Below, piece after piece: positions 48,536 to 57,471 of a DNA stretch of 64,000 bases. The notes beneath the pieces were generated by a model that made no database searches, was not told the DNA's origin, and worked only from the letters and a program-made list of their open reading frames with translations. The stretch's first letter is position 1; every line of letters begins with the position of its first letter. The DNA lies in the NCBI GenBank assembly GCA_964219345.1, contig CAXPPN010000024.1, forward strand, positions 33,554 through 97,553. Direction: 5' to 3'. The position numbers were made by a program, and so were the translations under genes. The stretch is from Aeromicrobium sp. (GTDB taxonomy: Bacteria > Bacteroidota > Bacteroidia > Flavobacteriales > Flavobacteriaceae).

Positions 48536-49300
48536 TTACTTCAAAATATCATCAATAAATTCATCAATATGTTCTACACCTCTATGGGTCAAATGCTTAA
48601 TAAATGCACTTCCAATAATAGCGCCTTTGGCGTAGGTTGTGGCCTGCAAAAAGGTCTCTTTATTGGAAATTCCAAAACCTACAATTTGTGGGTTTTTTAA
48701 GTTTAAATCTGAAATGCGTTTAAAATAGTTTTGTTGAATATCACCAAACCCACTTTTTGCACCTGTTGTACTTGCACTACTTACCATATAAATAAAGCCC
48801 TCTGAAATGGTGTCTATATAACGGATTCTTTCATCAGAAGTTTGTGGCGTAATCAGAAAAATATTTAAAAGTTCATATTTTTCAAAAATTTCTTTGTACT
48901 GTTCGTGATAGACGTCTGCTGGGAGATCAGGGATGATAAAACCGTCTATACCAATTTCTTTGCATTTTCGACAAAATGCCTCTACACCATATTGCAACAT
49001 GGGGTTAAAATAGCCCATCAAAATCAAAGGAATAGAAACAGATTTTCGAATGTCTTTAAGTTGCTCAAAAATCAATTCTGTGTGCATTCCATTTTTTAGT
49101 GCTTGTGTTGAGCTTTCTTGAATGGTTGGCCCATCGGCCAAAGGATCACTAAAAGGGAGTCCAATTTCAATTATATCGACACCACTGTTTTCTAATTTTT
49201 TTATAATTTCAACAGTATCATTAAGTGCTGGGTACCCTGCAGAAAAATATATGGAAAGCAGTTTCTTATCTTCTTTTAATTTCTTTTGAATTCTGTTCAT
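48536..49300 (-). CDS. trpA: tryptophan synthase alpha chain
   Basis: IEIGLPFSDPLADGPTIQ motif. Confidence 0.94.
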   Translation of the reverse strand: MNRIQKKLKEDKKLLSIYFSAGYPALNDTVEIIKKLENSGVDIIEIGLPFSDPLADGPTIQESSTQALKNGMHTELIFEQLKDIRKSVSIPLILMGYFNPMLQYGVEAFCRKCKEIGIDGFIIPDLPADVYHEQYKEIFEKYELLNIFLITPQTSDERIRYIDTISEGFIYMVSSASTTGAKSGFGDIQQNYFKRISDLNLKNPQIVGFGISNKETFLQATTYAKGAIIGSAFIKHLTHRGVEHIDEFIDDILK

Positions 49301-49305
49301 CGAGC

Positions 49306-50487
49306 TTATAATTTAAAATAATCAATATATGTGTTGAGGTCTTTGTCTCCACGTCCTGATAGACACACCACAACAATATCATTAGGTTTAAAGGCTTTGT
49401 TTTCAAAAATGGCAAAGGCATGAGCGGTTTCTATTGCAGGAATAATGCCCTCCAATTGCGACAGGGTTAGTCCAGCCGTCATGGCTTCGTCGTCTGTAAC
49501 GGGAATAAATTCCGCCCGTTTTGAAGTATATAAATGCGCATGCATCGGACCAACACCAGGGTAGTCTAAACCTGCTGAGATAGAATAGGGTTCTGTAATT
49601 TGCCCATCTTTTGTTTGCATCAAAAGCGTTTTACTTCCGTGAATAATGCCTTCTTTTCCTAAAATTGAAGTGGCAGCACTTTCGCCAGTTTCAACACCCT
49701 TTCCAGCGGCCTCTACTGCAATAAGCCCCACACGTTCATCATCCAAAAAATGATAATAAGCACCAGCAGCATTGCTACCACCACCAACACATGCCACCAC
49801 ATAATCTGGATTTTCAGTACCTTCGGCCACGTTCAATTGCCATTTGATTTCTTCTGAAACAACCGATTGAAAACGCGATACCATATCGGGGTAGGGATGA
49901 GGTCCCACCGCACTTCCAATAATGTAATGTGTGTCTTCTGGATTATTAATCCAATCTCTAATCGCTTCATTTGTGGCATCTTTTAGAGTACGACTTCCCG
50001 AAGTTGCTGGGCGAACTTCTGCACCTAACATTTTCATTCGCGCAACATTTGGCGCTTGACGTGCAATGTCAATTTCACCCATATAAACAATACATTCTAA
50101 CCCTGCCAAAGCGCATACTGTAGCGGTGGCTACTCCATGTTGACCAGCACCAGTTTCTGCGATAATTCGTGTCTTTCCAAGGCGTTTGGCCATCAAAATT
50201 TGTCCAATTGTATTGTTGACTTTATGGGCTCCAGTGTGACACAAATCCTCTCGTTTGAAATATATTTTTGTATTGTATTTTTTAGAAAAACGCTTTGCAA
50301 AATAAAGTGGTGTAGGTCGACCAACATAATCTTTTAAGAGTTGCTCAAATTCTGATTTGAAATCTGGCTCAGCCATGATGCTCAAATATTTTTGTTGTAA
50401 TTCCTCAATATTTGGGTAGAGCATTTCTGGAATAAATGCCCCTCCAAATTGACCGTAATATCCTTTTTTGTCCACGTGATAACTCAT
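49306..50487 (-). CDS. trpB: tryptophan synthase beta chain
   Basis: EDLCHTGAHKVNN PLP-lysine motif and GGGSNA. Confidence 0.96.
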   Translation of the reverse strand: MSYHVDKKGYYGQFGGAFIPEMLYPNIEELQQKYLSIMAEPDFKSEFEQLLKDYVGRPTPLYFAKRFSKKYNTKIYFKREDLCHTGAHKVNNTIGQILMAKRLGKTRIIAETGAGQHGVATATVCALAGLECIVYMGEIDIARQAPNVARMKMLGAEVRPATSGSRTLKDATNEAIRDWINNPEDTHYIIGSAVGPHPYPDMVSRFQSVVSEEIKWQLNVAEGTENPDYVVACVGGGSNAAGAYYHFLDDERVGLIAVEAAGKGVETGESAATSILGKEGIIHGSKTLLMQTKDGQITEPYSISAGLDYPGVGPMHAHLYTSKRAEFIPVTDDEAMTAGLTLSQLEGIIPAIETAHAFAIFENKAFKPNDIVVVCLSGRGDKDLNTYIDYFKL

Positions 50488-51098
50488 AGTCTTTCAATAA
50501 ATTTTTTAAGTTTAATACTATCTTTTAAAGCAGGTTTTATTTCAAATTTACTATTGACATCAATAGCATAGCATTGCTTTGCAGCAACACTATTTTTAAA
50601 TTCATTTAGGGTTTCAATTTCTTCTAATCCAATTCCACCACTTAAAAAATAGGGTGTTTTTGAATCGTAATTTTTTAAAATACTCCAATCAAAACAGTAG
50701 CCATTGCCACCAGGATTTGGACCTTTTGTATCAAATAAGAAATAATCAACATGGTCTTCAAAGGGCTTTAATTTTTTAAAGTTGAAGTTGTTTTTAACAG
50801 AAAATACTTTTATAATTTCTATATTTTTAGTTCTAATTTTTTTACAGAATTCTGCAGTTTCATCGCCGTGGAGCTGTACCACGTTTAGACCAAATTTATT
50901 AATGGTGTTTGTGATTGTATAAATGGATGCATTGACAAAAACTCCAACTTTTTTTATGTTTTTTGGTATTTCGGAGATAGATTCTGAAACAAAACGTGGA
51001 GATTTTTCATAAAATATAAAACCTATATAATCAGGTTTGAGGGCAGAGACCTTCAAAATATTGTCTTGATATTTCATGCCGCATACTTTCAGTTTCAT
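50484..51098 (-). CDS. trpF: phosphoribosylanthranilate isomerase
   Basis: MKLKVCGM start, QLHGDE motif, and operon context. Confidence 0.9.
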   Translation of the reverse strand: MKLKVCGMKYQDNILKVSALKPDYIGFIFYEKSPRFVSESISEIPKNIKKVGVFVNASIYTITNTINKFGLNVVQLHGDETAEFCKKIRTKNIEIIKVFSVKNNFNFKKLKPFEDHVDYFLFDTKGPNPGGNGYCFDWSILKNYDSKTPYFLSGGIGLEEIETLNEFKNSVAAKQCYAIDVNSKFEIKPALKDSIKLKKFIERL

Positions 51099-51880
51099 GC
51101 TTCTAGGGTTTTTATAAATTTTGTTGCACTTTTACCTGGATCATTTGTTTTCATAAAATTTTCACCAATCAAAAATCCCTGAAAACCAAAGGGTTGTAGT
51201 GCTTTTATGGCTTCAGTAGAGCTGATGCCGCTTTCAGATACTTTTATAAATTCATTTGGAATGGAGTGGCTCAAATCTTTACTGTGTTTCAAATCCACTT
51301 CAAAAGTTTTTAGATTTCTATTGTTGACCCCAATCATGTCCAAACTTGGCATTAGTGCTTTTTGCAATTCTTCATCATTATGAATTTCCAAAAGAATTTC
51401 TAAGTTTAATTGCTTAGCAATTTTTGATAGGTTTTCAATTTCATTTCTTGTCAGCACCGCAGCAATGAGTAAAATAACATCTGCACCATAGGCTTTTGCT
51501 TCAAAAATTTGATAAGGATCAATAATGAAATCTTTTCGTAAAAGTGGCAAATTGCAACTTGCACGTGCCAAGAGTAAGTCTTCTAAATTTCCTCCAAAAT
51601 ATTTGGTGTCTGTAAGTACAGACATTCCACAAACTCCAGCAGTTTGATAGCCTTTGGCTACGTCCTGAATATTTAAACTTTGATTAATGACAGCTTTTGA
51701 CGGCGATCGACGTTTGTGCTCTGCAATAATTCCAGATTTACTTTCTAACAGTCGTTTTTTTAGTGAGTTTTTTGGTCTATCAAAAAGAATGGATTGCTCC
51801 AATTGAGCTATAGGTATTATTGATTTTTTGAGCTCAACTTCCTTTATTTTATCTGCAATAATGCGTTCTAATATACTCAT
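51095..51880 (-). CDS. trpC: indole-3-glycerol phosphate synthase
   Basis: IAEHKRRSPSKA, LRKDFI and VNNRNL motifs. ATG at 51880 is preferred over the upstream TTG. Confidence 0.92.
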   Translation of the reverse strand: MSILERIIADKIKEVELKKSIIPIAQLEQSILFDRPKNSLKKRLLESKSGIIAEHKRRSPSKAVINQSLNIQDVAKGYQTAGVCGMSVLTDTKYFGGNLEDLLLARASCNLPLLRKDFIIDPYQIFEAKAYGADVILLIAAVLTRNEIENLSKIAKQLNLEILLEIHNDEELQKALMPSLDMIGVNNRNLKTFEVDLKHSKDLSHSIPNEFIKVSESGISSTEAIKALQPFGFQGFLIGENFMKTNDPGKSATKFIKTLEA

Positions 51881-51881
51881 G

Positions 51882-52868
51882 TTAAACTGCAATTAATTGG
51901 TTTAAACATTTCTTGGCTTTGCCGCTCAACAGACTTTCTTTTGCCATTTCAAAACCATCTTCATGCGATATTTGTTTCGCAGTCGCAATGGCCAATCCTG
52001 CATTAGCGCAAACCACATTATTTTGTGCTTCTGTGCCATTACCAGAAATAATTTTTTCAAAAATTTTAGTTGCTTCTTCAACGGTGTTTCCCCCAAAAAT
52101 AGCGTTAGGGGTTATATTTTTGAGCCCTAAGCTGTTTGGAGAAAACATCAATTCTGAATGGTTTGAAGCAATTTTTGCATTGTTTGTTAGTGACAATTCA
52201 TCGTAACCCCCTAAGTCATGAACAATACTGTAATTTTTGTCAGTTTGTTGATACAAATAATTGTAAAGGCGTAATAATTCAAGATTAAAAACCCCTACCA
52301 TTTGATGCTTTGGAAATGATGGATTGACCATTGGTCCCAACATATTAAAAAACGTTTTGATACCCAATGCTTTTCGAATTGGTGCAACGTTTTTCATTGC
52401 TGGATGAAATAGAGGTGCGTGTAGTACACAAATGTTTGCCGTTTCAATGGCACGTTTGAGGTGGTTTGCATCATTTGAAAAGGTAATACCTATAGCTTCC
52501 AATACATTGGAAGATCCGCAGGCCGATGAAACACCATAGTTACCATGTTTAGCTACAGCCACACCAGCTCCAGCAGTTACAAAAGAAGATAATGTAGAAA
52601 TATTGAATGTATTTTTCCCATCTCCTCCAGTGCCACACAAATCAATAGGGTTATAGTCTTTCAAATCTACCGCAATACAAAGTTCTAGCAAAGCGTCTCG
52701 AAATCCTTGAAGTTCTGCTACAGTTATGCTTCGCATCATATAGACTGTAAGAAAAGATGCAATTTGTGCCTGATTATAATCGCCTTTGGAGATGCTAATT
52801 AAAATTTGCTTCGCTTCATTGGCGCTTATGCTTTCGTGGTTTATAAGTCGATTTAAAAGTACTTTCAT
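51882..52868 (-). CDS. trpD: anthranilate phosphoribosyltransferase
   Basis: CGTGGDG and KHGN motifs. Confidence 0.94.
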   Translation of the reverse strand: MKVLLNRLINHESISANEAKQILISISKGDYNQAQIASFLTVYMMRSITVAELQGFRDALLELCIAVDLKDYNPIDLCGTGGDGKNTFNISTLSSFVTAGAGVAVAKHGNYGVSSACGSSNVLEAIGITFSNDANHLKRAIETANICVLHAPLFHPAMKNVAPIRKALGIKTFFNMLGPMVNPSFPKHQMVGVFNLELLRLYNYLYQQTDKNYSIVHDLGGYDELSLTNNAKIASNHSELMFSPNSLGLKNITPNAIFGGNTVEEATKIFEKIISGNGTEAQNNVVCANAGLAIATAKQISHEDGFEMAKESLLSGKAKKCLNQLIAV

Positions 52869-52871
52869 AAC

Positions 52872-53438
52872 TTATGAATTAATCCAATTTTTTAGCATTG
52901 TTTTTCCGTTGGGTGTTAATACAGATTCTGGATGAAACTGAACTCCTTTGACATCAAATTCTTTGTGGCGAAGTGCCATAATTTGTTGGTTTTCATCAAC
53001 ACTTGTAATTTCTAAACATGTTGGAAGCTCGCCTTTTACAACCCAAGAGTGATAACGTCCAACATCAATGGCTGGAGGTAATCCCTTAAACAGAATTTCG
53101 TCTTTAGAAGTGATGTTTACTTTAGTCTGAATACCATGATAAACGGTGTCTAAGTTTTCAAGTGTTGCCCCAAATACTTCGCCAATGGCCTGCATTCCAA
53201 GACATACACCTAAGATACTTTTTGTAGAAGCATAGGTTTTAATAATGGATTTTAAAAGGCCTGCTTCATCTGGAATTCCTGGTCCAGGAGAGAGAACAAT
53301 TTTTTCAAATGGCTCTACATCTTCCAATTGAAGTTGATCGTTTCGAACAACGCTAACTTCGCAATTCAAATCTTGCAAATAATGAACCAAATTATAGGTA
53401 AAACTATCGTAATTATCAATAACTAAAATATTTTTCAT
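52872..53438 (-). CDS. trpG: anthranilate synthase component II (glutamine amidotransferase)
   Basis: GVCLGMQ nucleophile and HPES motifs. Start at MKNILVIDNYDSFTYNL. Confidence 0.93.
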   Translation of the reverse strand: MKNILVIDNYDSFTYNLVHYLQDLNCEVSVVRNDQLQLEDVEPFEKIVLSPGPGIPDEAGLLKSIIKTYASTKSILGVCLGMQAIGEVFGATLENLDTVYHGIQTKVNITSKDEILFKGLPPAIDVGRYHSWVVKGELPTCLEITSVDENQQIMALRHKEFDVKGVQFHPESVLTPNGKTMLKNWINS

Positions 53439-53439
53439 G

Positions 53440-54846
53440 CTAAATGTTTTCTGCAAGTTTAATGGCTTTTGTAAGTGCCCCAAGTTTGTTATATACTTCT
53501 TGTAATTCGTTGTCAGAGTTCGATTTTGATACGATTCCAGCTCCTGCTTGCCAATGCAATTGTTGATTTTTGCTCAAAAATGTTCGAATCATAATCGCGT
53601 GATTATAATTGCCCTTAAAATCCATAAACCCAATAGCACCACCATAAAACCCACGACTAGTTTTTTCGTATTTTTCAATAAGCTCCATAGCTTTATATTT
53701 TGGTGCTCCCGATAGTGTTCCAGCGGGAAAAGTGTCAGCTACAATTTGAATGGTTGATGTTTTTTCTCGTACTGTTCCAATGACTTTACTTACTAAATGT
53801 ATCACATGCGAAAAAAATTGTATTTCTCTATAATTTTCAACAGTTACATCTGTACAATGCCTACTGAGGTCGTTTCTAGCCAAGTCAACTAGCATCACAT
53901 GTTCACTGTTTTCCTTTTCATCTTTTACTAATTTTTGCGCCAATTCAGTGTCTTTCATATCATCTCCTGTACGAGCAAAAGTTCCTGCAATGGGGTGAAT
54001 TTCTGCTTTTTTGTTTTTTACAACAAGTTGTGCCTCTGGTGAGCTTCCAAAAATTTTGAAATTTCCATAATCGAAATAAAACAAATAGGGAGATGGGTTA
54101 ATGCTACGCAAGGCGCGGTAGACATTAAAATCATCACCTTTGAAATCTTGTTGAAATTTTCTTGATAATACCAACTGAAAAACATCACCACGCTGACAAT
54201 GTGTTTTTGCAATTTCTACATGTTTTTTAAACTCTTCATCGGATAGGTTTGAATCAATTTTATTGATGGTTTCAAAATCATATAATGCAAAACGATCCAT
54301 TGTAATGATATGATGTAATTCATTTATATTGCTTTCTTTTTCATAACAATGAGAAAAAATATAAGCTTCATTTTTGAAGTGATTAACAGCAATAATGTTC
54401 TGATAAACAGCATATTGTATTTCAGGGATTTCTATAGAATTTTCTTTGGATGCGATATCAATGGTTTCAAAATACTTTACCGCATCATATGAAGTATATC
54501 CAAAAAGACCATTGTTTATAAACTTGAAATCTTCATCATTTTCTATTTCAAATTGTGTTGTAAATTGATTTATTTCGCTAGTAACTTCATTGTTTTCAAC
54601 CCTGTAACTTTCTTTCGTTGAATCGGGAAACACTTTTGTTAAAGTATTTCCATGAATTTTGATAGAGGCCATTGGGTTGCAACATATATAAGAAAAACTA
54701 TTATCATTTCCGTGATAGTCACTACTTTCTAAGAGCATGCTATTTGGAAATTTATCCCTTATTTTCAAATAAATACTTACTGGCGAGAGTGTATCTGCTA
54801 GTATTTTTTTGTAATGCGTCTTTATTTTGTATGTTTTTTTCATCAT
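53440..54846 (-). CDS. trpE: anthranilate synthase component I
   Basis: LLESS N-terminal Trp-feedback motif and the chorismate-binding C-terminus (GAIGF, GAGIV). The ATGATG start at 54846 is preferred because the track TTG start lies inside the attenuator hairpin. Confidence 0.93.
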   Translation of the reverse strand: MMKKTYKIKTHYKKILADTLSPVSIYLKIRDKFPNSMLLESSDYHGNDNSFSYICCNPMASIKIHGNTLTKVFPDSTKESYRVENNEVTSEINQFTTQFEIENDEDFKFINNGLFGYTSYDAVKYFETIDIASKENSIEIPEIQYAVYQNIIAVNHFKNEAYIFSHCYEKESNINELHHIITMDRFALYDFETINKIDSNLSDEEFKKHVEIAKTHCQRGDVFQLVLSRKFQQDFKGDDFNVYRALRSINPSPYLFYFDYGNFKIFGSSPEAQLVVKNKKAEIHPIAGTFARTGDDMKDTELAQKLVKDEKENSEHVMLVDLARNDLSRHCTDVTVENYREIQFFSHVIHLVSKVIGTVREKTSTIQIVADTFPAGTLSGAPKYKAMELIEKYEKTSRGFYGGAIGFMDFKGNYNHAIMIRTFLSKNQQLHWQAGAGIVSKSNSDNELQEVYNKLGALTKAIKLAENI

Positions 54847-54878
54847 AAAAAAAAGGCTTGTCGTGAAAGACAAGCCTT
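54847..54878 (-). terminator. trp attenuator terminator hairpin
   Basis: Minus strand AAGGCTTGTC-TTTCAC-GACAAGCCTT: a 10-bp perfect stem followed by a run of 8 T in total (last 2 stem bases plus 6 more). It abuts the trpE ATG. Confidence 0.75.
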
Positions 54879-54901
54879 GATATTTTAATATACGAGGTGA
54901 T

Positions 54902-54958
54902 TCACGACTTTTGAGATCGAGTTGTCCACCACCATGTATTTTGATTTTTTCTATTCAT
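54902..54958 (-). CDS. trpL: trp operon leader peptide (18 aa, MNRKNQNTWWWTTRSQKS)
   Basis: Short ORF with three consecutive TGG codons, placed between a -7 box and the terminator hairpin upstream of trpE. It is absent from the ORF track because it is under 60 aa. Confidence 0.72.
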   Translation of the reverse strand: MNRKNQNTWWWTTRSQKS

Positions 54959-54967
54959 TTTGAAATT

Positions 54968-54975
54968 CAAATATA
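54968..54975 (-). promoter_or_regulatory. Candidate -7 promoter box (TATATTTG) for the trp leader/operon
   Basis: TAnnTTTG match on the minus strand, 10 nt upstream of the leader ATG. Confidence 0.35.
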
Positions 54976-55009
54976 AGTTACTTTTCTTAGTCTACAAATA
55001 TTTTTTTAA

Positions 55010-55573
55010 TTAAAATGATAGATTAACGTTAAGGTCAAATTCGTCATAAATAGCACGATCTTTTAAGTCATCAAAAAAGCTAGCAGATCCATATTTTATG
55101 TCATACTTAGTGCGATCAATTTTCAAATCAGCAATAGCAGAATTTTCTAAAACTTGCATCTTGAATTTCACTTTGTTTGTAATACCTTTGATTGTTAAAT
55201 CAGCGTTTACTATATAATTTGTACCGTTTTGTTTAAGTGAAGTAAAAACCAAACTTGCTGTTTTATGCTTTTCAACACCAAAGAAATCATCATCCTTTAG
55301 GTGTCCATCTAACTTCTTTTTGTAATCGCCTTCTAAATCTGTAGTATTTATTGTGCTCATATCAATGACGAATTTTCCACCAACAAGCACGTTATTTTTA
55401 AAAGTAAGTGATCCTTTTTTTATCATTATAGTGCCTTCATGCTGTCCTGTAACTTTGTAGCCAGTCCATTTTACAACACTACTTTCTGTATTGACTTCTT
55501 TAGTGATTTGAGTTGTAAATGCGAAAAGTGTTAAAGAAATAAAAGCAACAAAAAATAGTTTAAATAATCTCAT
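55010..55573 (-). CDS. YceI family periplasmic protein
   Basis: Signal peptide MRLFKLFFVAF, a YceI-like beta-barrel pattern, and KGITNKV. Confidence 0.8.
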   Translation of the reverse strand: MRLFKLFFVAFISLTLFAFTTQITKEVNTESSVVKWTGYKVTGQHEGTIMIKKGSLTFKNNVLVGGKFVIDMSTINTTDLEGDYKKKLDGHLKDDDFFGVEKHKTASLVFTSLKQNGTNYIVNADLTIKGITNKVKFKMQVLENSAIADLKIDRTKYDIKYGSASFFDDLKDRAIYDEFDLNVNLSF

Positions 55574-55659
55574 AGTTTTGAATTTAATGTGTGATTTACA
55601 AAGTTCTAAATTTAATTTTAAAAATTGTAATTTAGCGCTTAATATTTTGTTAATTTTTG

Positions 55660-56136
55660 ATGAGATCATTCATATATTTTATTCTAACATTATTTGTTTT
55701 AGGTTGTTCACCTAACCAGAACAAACTTGAAGTGTATGATTTTCAGGGTATTAAAAAATTTTTACATCAAAAGAACAACAAAACTTATGTTATAAATTTC
55801 TGGGCTACCTGGTGTGCGCCTTGCATAAAAGAATTGCCTTATTTTGAGCAAATTCAAGAAAAATATAAAAAAGATGTAGAGGTTATCCTAATTAGTTTGG
55901 ATTTTCCAAGTCAGTATGAAACCAAATTAATTCCTTTTTTTGAAAAAGGACAATTAAAATCTAAAGTTATCGTTTTGGATGATGTAGATATGAATTCTTG
56001 GATTCCAAAAATTGACTCAAATTGGGATGGTGCCATTCCGGTAACATTGATTTACAATAGTAAAAACCGTCAATTTTATCCACAATCATTTACCTATGAT
56101 GAATTAGCTATCGAAGTAGAAAAATTTTTAAAATAA
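55660..56136 (+). CDS. TlpA-like thiol:disulfide oxidoreductase lipoprotein
   Basis: Lipobox LGCSPN and thioredoxin active site FWATWCAPC. Confidence 0.8.
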   Translation: MRSFIYFILTLFVLGCSPNQNKLEVYDFQGIKKFLHQKNNKTYVINFWATWCAPCIKELPYFEQIQEKYKKDVEVILISLDFPSQYETKLIPFFEKGQLKSKVIVLDDVDMNSWIPKIDSNWDGAIPVTLIYNSKNRQFYPQSFTYDELAIEVEKFLK

Positions 56137-56140
56137 GACA

Positions 56141-56737
56141 ATGAAAAACCTCAAGTTATTTTTTTTAACATTATTATTATCAACAACACTTTCAGCACAA
56201 AACGGCTATAATATTGGCGATGTTGCAACAGATTTTAAACTTGAAAATATTGATGGTAATTTTATTTCACTTTCTAATTTTTCAGAAGCAAAGGGTTTTA
56301 TTTTAATATTTACATGTAATACTTGCCCCTATGCAGTTGCATATGAAGATCGAATAGAGGCCTTAAATAAAAAATATGCCCCAATGGGCTATCCAGTGAT
56401 TGGTATAATGCCAAATAACACAAAAATTAAACCTGGTGATTCATTGGAAGCTATGAAAAAGCGCGCAATAGAAAAAGGCTTTACTTTTCCATATTTAATT
56501 GATAGAGAGCAATCCATTTTTCCACAATACGGTGCTACAAAAACACCTCATGTTTATATATTACAAAAGTCAAATACTAAAAATATCATTCGCTACATAG
56601 GTGCAATTGACGATAATTATAAGAGCGTTTCAATGGTAAAAGTAAAGTATGTAGAAAATGCAGTAGAAGAATTGCTGATTGGCAAAGAGGTTACTGTTGC
56701 AAAAACAAAAGCTATAGGATGCTCTATTAAAATTTAA
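56141..56737 (+). CDS. secreted thioredoxin-fold (redoxin/AhpC-TSA-like) protein
   Basis: Signal peptide, CxxC site FTCNTCPY, and a conserved C-terminal GCSIK. Confidence 0.75.
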   Translation: MKNLKLFFLTLLLSTTLSAQNGYNIGDVATDFKLENIDGNFISLSNFSEAKGFILIFTCNTCPYAVAYEDRIEALNKKYAPMGYPVIGIMPNNTKIKPGDSLEAMKKRAIEKGFTFPYLIDREQSIFPQYGATKTPHVYILQKSNTKNIIRYIGAIDDNYKSVSMVKVKYVENAVEELLIGKEVTVAKTKAIGCSIKI

Positions 56738-56755
56738 AATTAATTTACTCAAATA

Positions 56756-57067
56756 ATGAAAAACTTAACACAAAAGCAGTGGTATGATGAACTTTCTAAG
56801 ACTACAAACTCCAAAATACTAGATGTTCGTACAGAACTAGAAGTGGATGAAGGGAAAATTCCCAACTCTTTTAACCTTGACATTTACAAAGGACAAGCGT
56901 TTATTGATGAACTCGAAAAATTAGATAAAACCCTGCATTATTTTGTGTATTGCAAGGCTGGAGGTCGTAGTGCCCAAGCTTGCGCAGTAATGCAACAATT
57001 GGGATTTGAAAACACATACAATCTAGAAGGTGGTTTTTCGCAATGGACAGGTGAAGTGGACTACTAA
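56756..57067 (+). CDS. single-domain rhodanese-like sulfurtransferase (no signal peptide)
   Basis: Active-site loop YCKAGGRS; 103 aa. Confidence 0.82.
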   Translation: MKNLTQKQWYDELSKTTNSKILDVRTELEVDEGKIPNSFNLDIYKGQAFIDELEKLDKTLHYFVYCKAGGRSAQACAVMQQLGFENTYNLEGGFSQWTGEVDY

Positions 57068-57080
57068 AAATTTAAAATAT

Positions 57081-57470
57081 ATGAAAACACACACTTTATT
57101 ATTAACATTTTGTATCTGTTTTTTATTTAATTGCAAAGAAAGCAAGTCTCAAAGCCTAAAGCTCATTACTGTAGAAGAAATGCAAGAACTTGTAAACTTG
57201 GATGGCATGCAATTGGTTGATGTGCGTACACCCTCAGAATTTGTTGAGGGTCATGTACCAAATGCACAAAATATTGATTTTTGGGATGCAAATTTTGATG
57301 CGAATATTGAAAAATTAGATAAATCCAAACCAATAATAGTTTATTGTAAATCAGGCGGTCGAAGTGCCAAATGTGCATCAAAACTAGCGGCTAAAGGTTT
57401 TGAAAAAATATATGACCTAAAAGGAGGCTTTTCACAATGGAAATTTGAAGGAAAGGAAATTCAAAAATAA
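57081..57470 (+). CDS. single-domain rhodanese-like sulfurtransferase (exported/lipoprotein-like)
   Basis: Leader MKTHTLLLTFCICFLFNC and active-site loop YCKSGGRS. Start moved to the ATG at 57081. Confidence 0.8.
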   Translation: MKTHTLLLTFCICFLFNCKESKSQSLKLITVEEMQELVNLDGMQLVDVRTPSEFVEGHVPNAQNIDFWDANFDANIEKLDKSKPIIVYCKSGGRSAKCASKLAAKGFEKIYDLKGGFSQWKFEGKEIQK

Positions 57471-57471
57471 C

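Noticed and set aside
51882-51892. Apparent 11-nt overlap of trpD and trpC from the ORF-track TTG start.
   Set aside because: An ATG at 51880 (MSILERII...) matches the usual TrpC N-terminus and leaves a 1-nt gap, so the overlap is probably an artefact of choosing the longest ORF.
54847-54873. ORF-track TTG start extending trpE (MSFTTSLFF...) by 9 codons.
   Set aside because: The extension is encoded by the attenuator hairpin and T-run. The conserved TrpE sequence starts at the ATGATG at 54846.
57030-57080. Upstream extension of the second rhodanese, overlapping the first by 38 nt.
   Set aside because: The extension has no signal-peptide logic. The ATG at 57081 gives a clean lipoprotein-type leader and a 13-nt intergenic gap.
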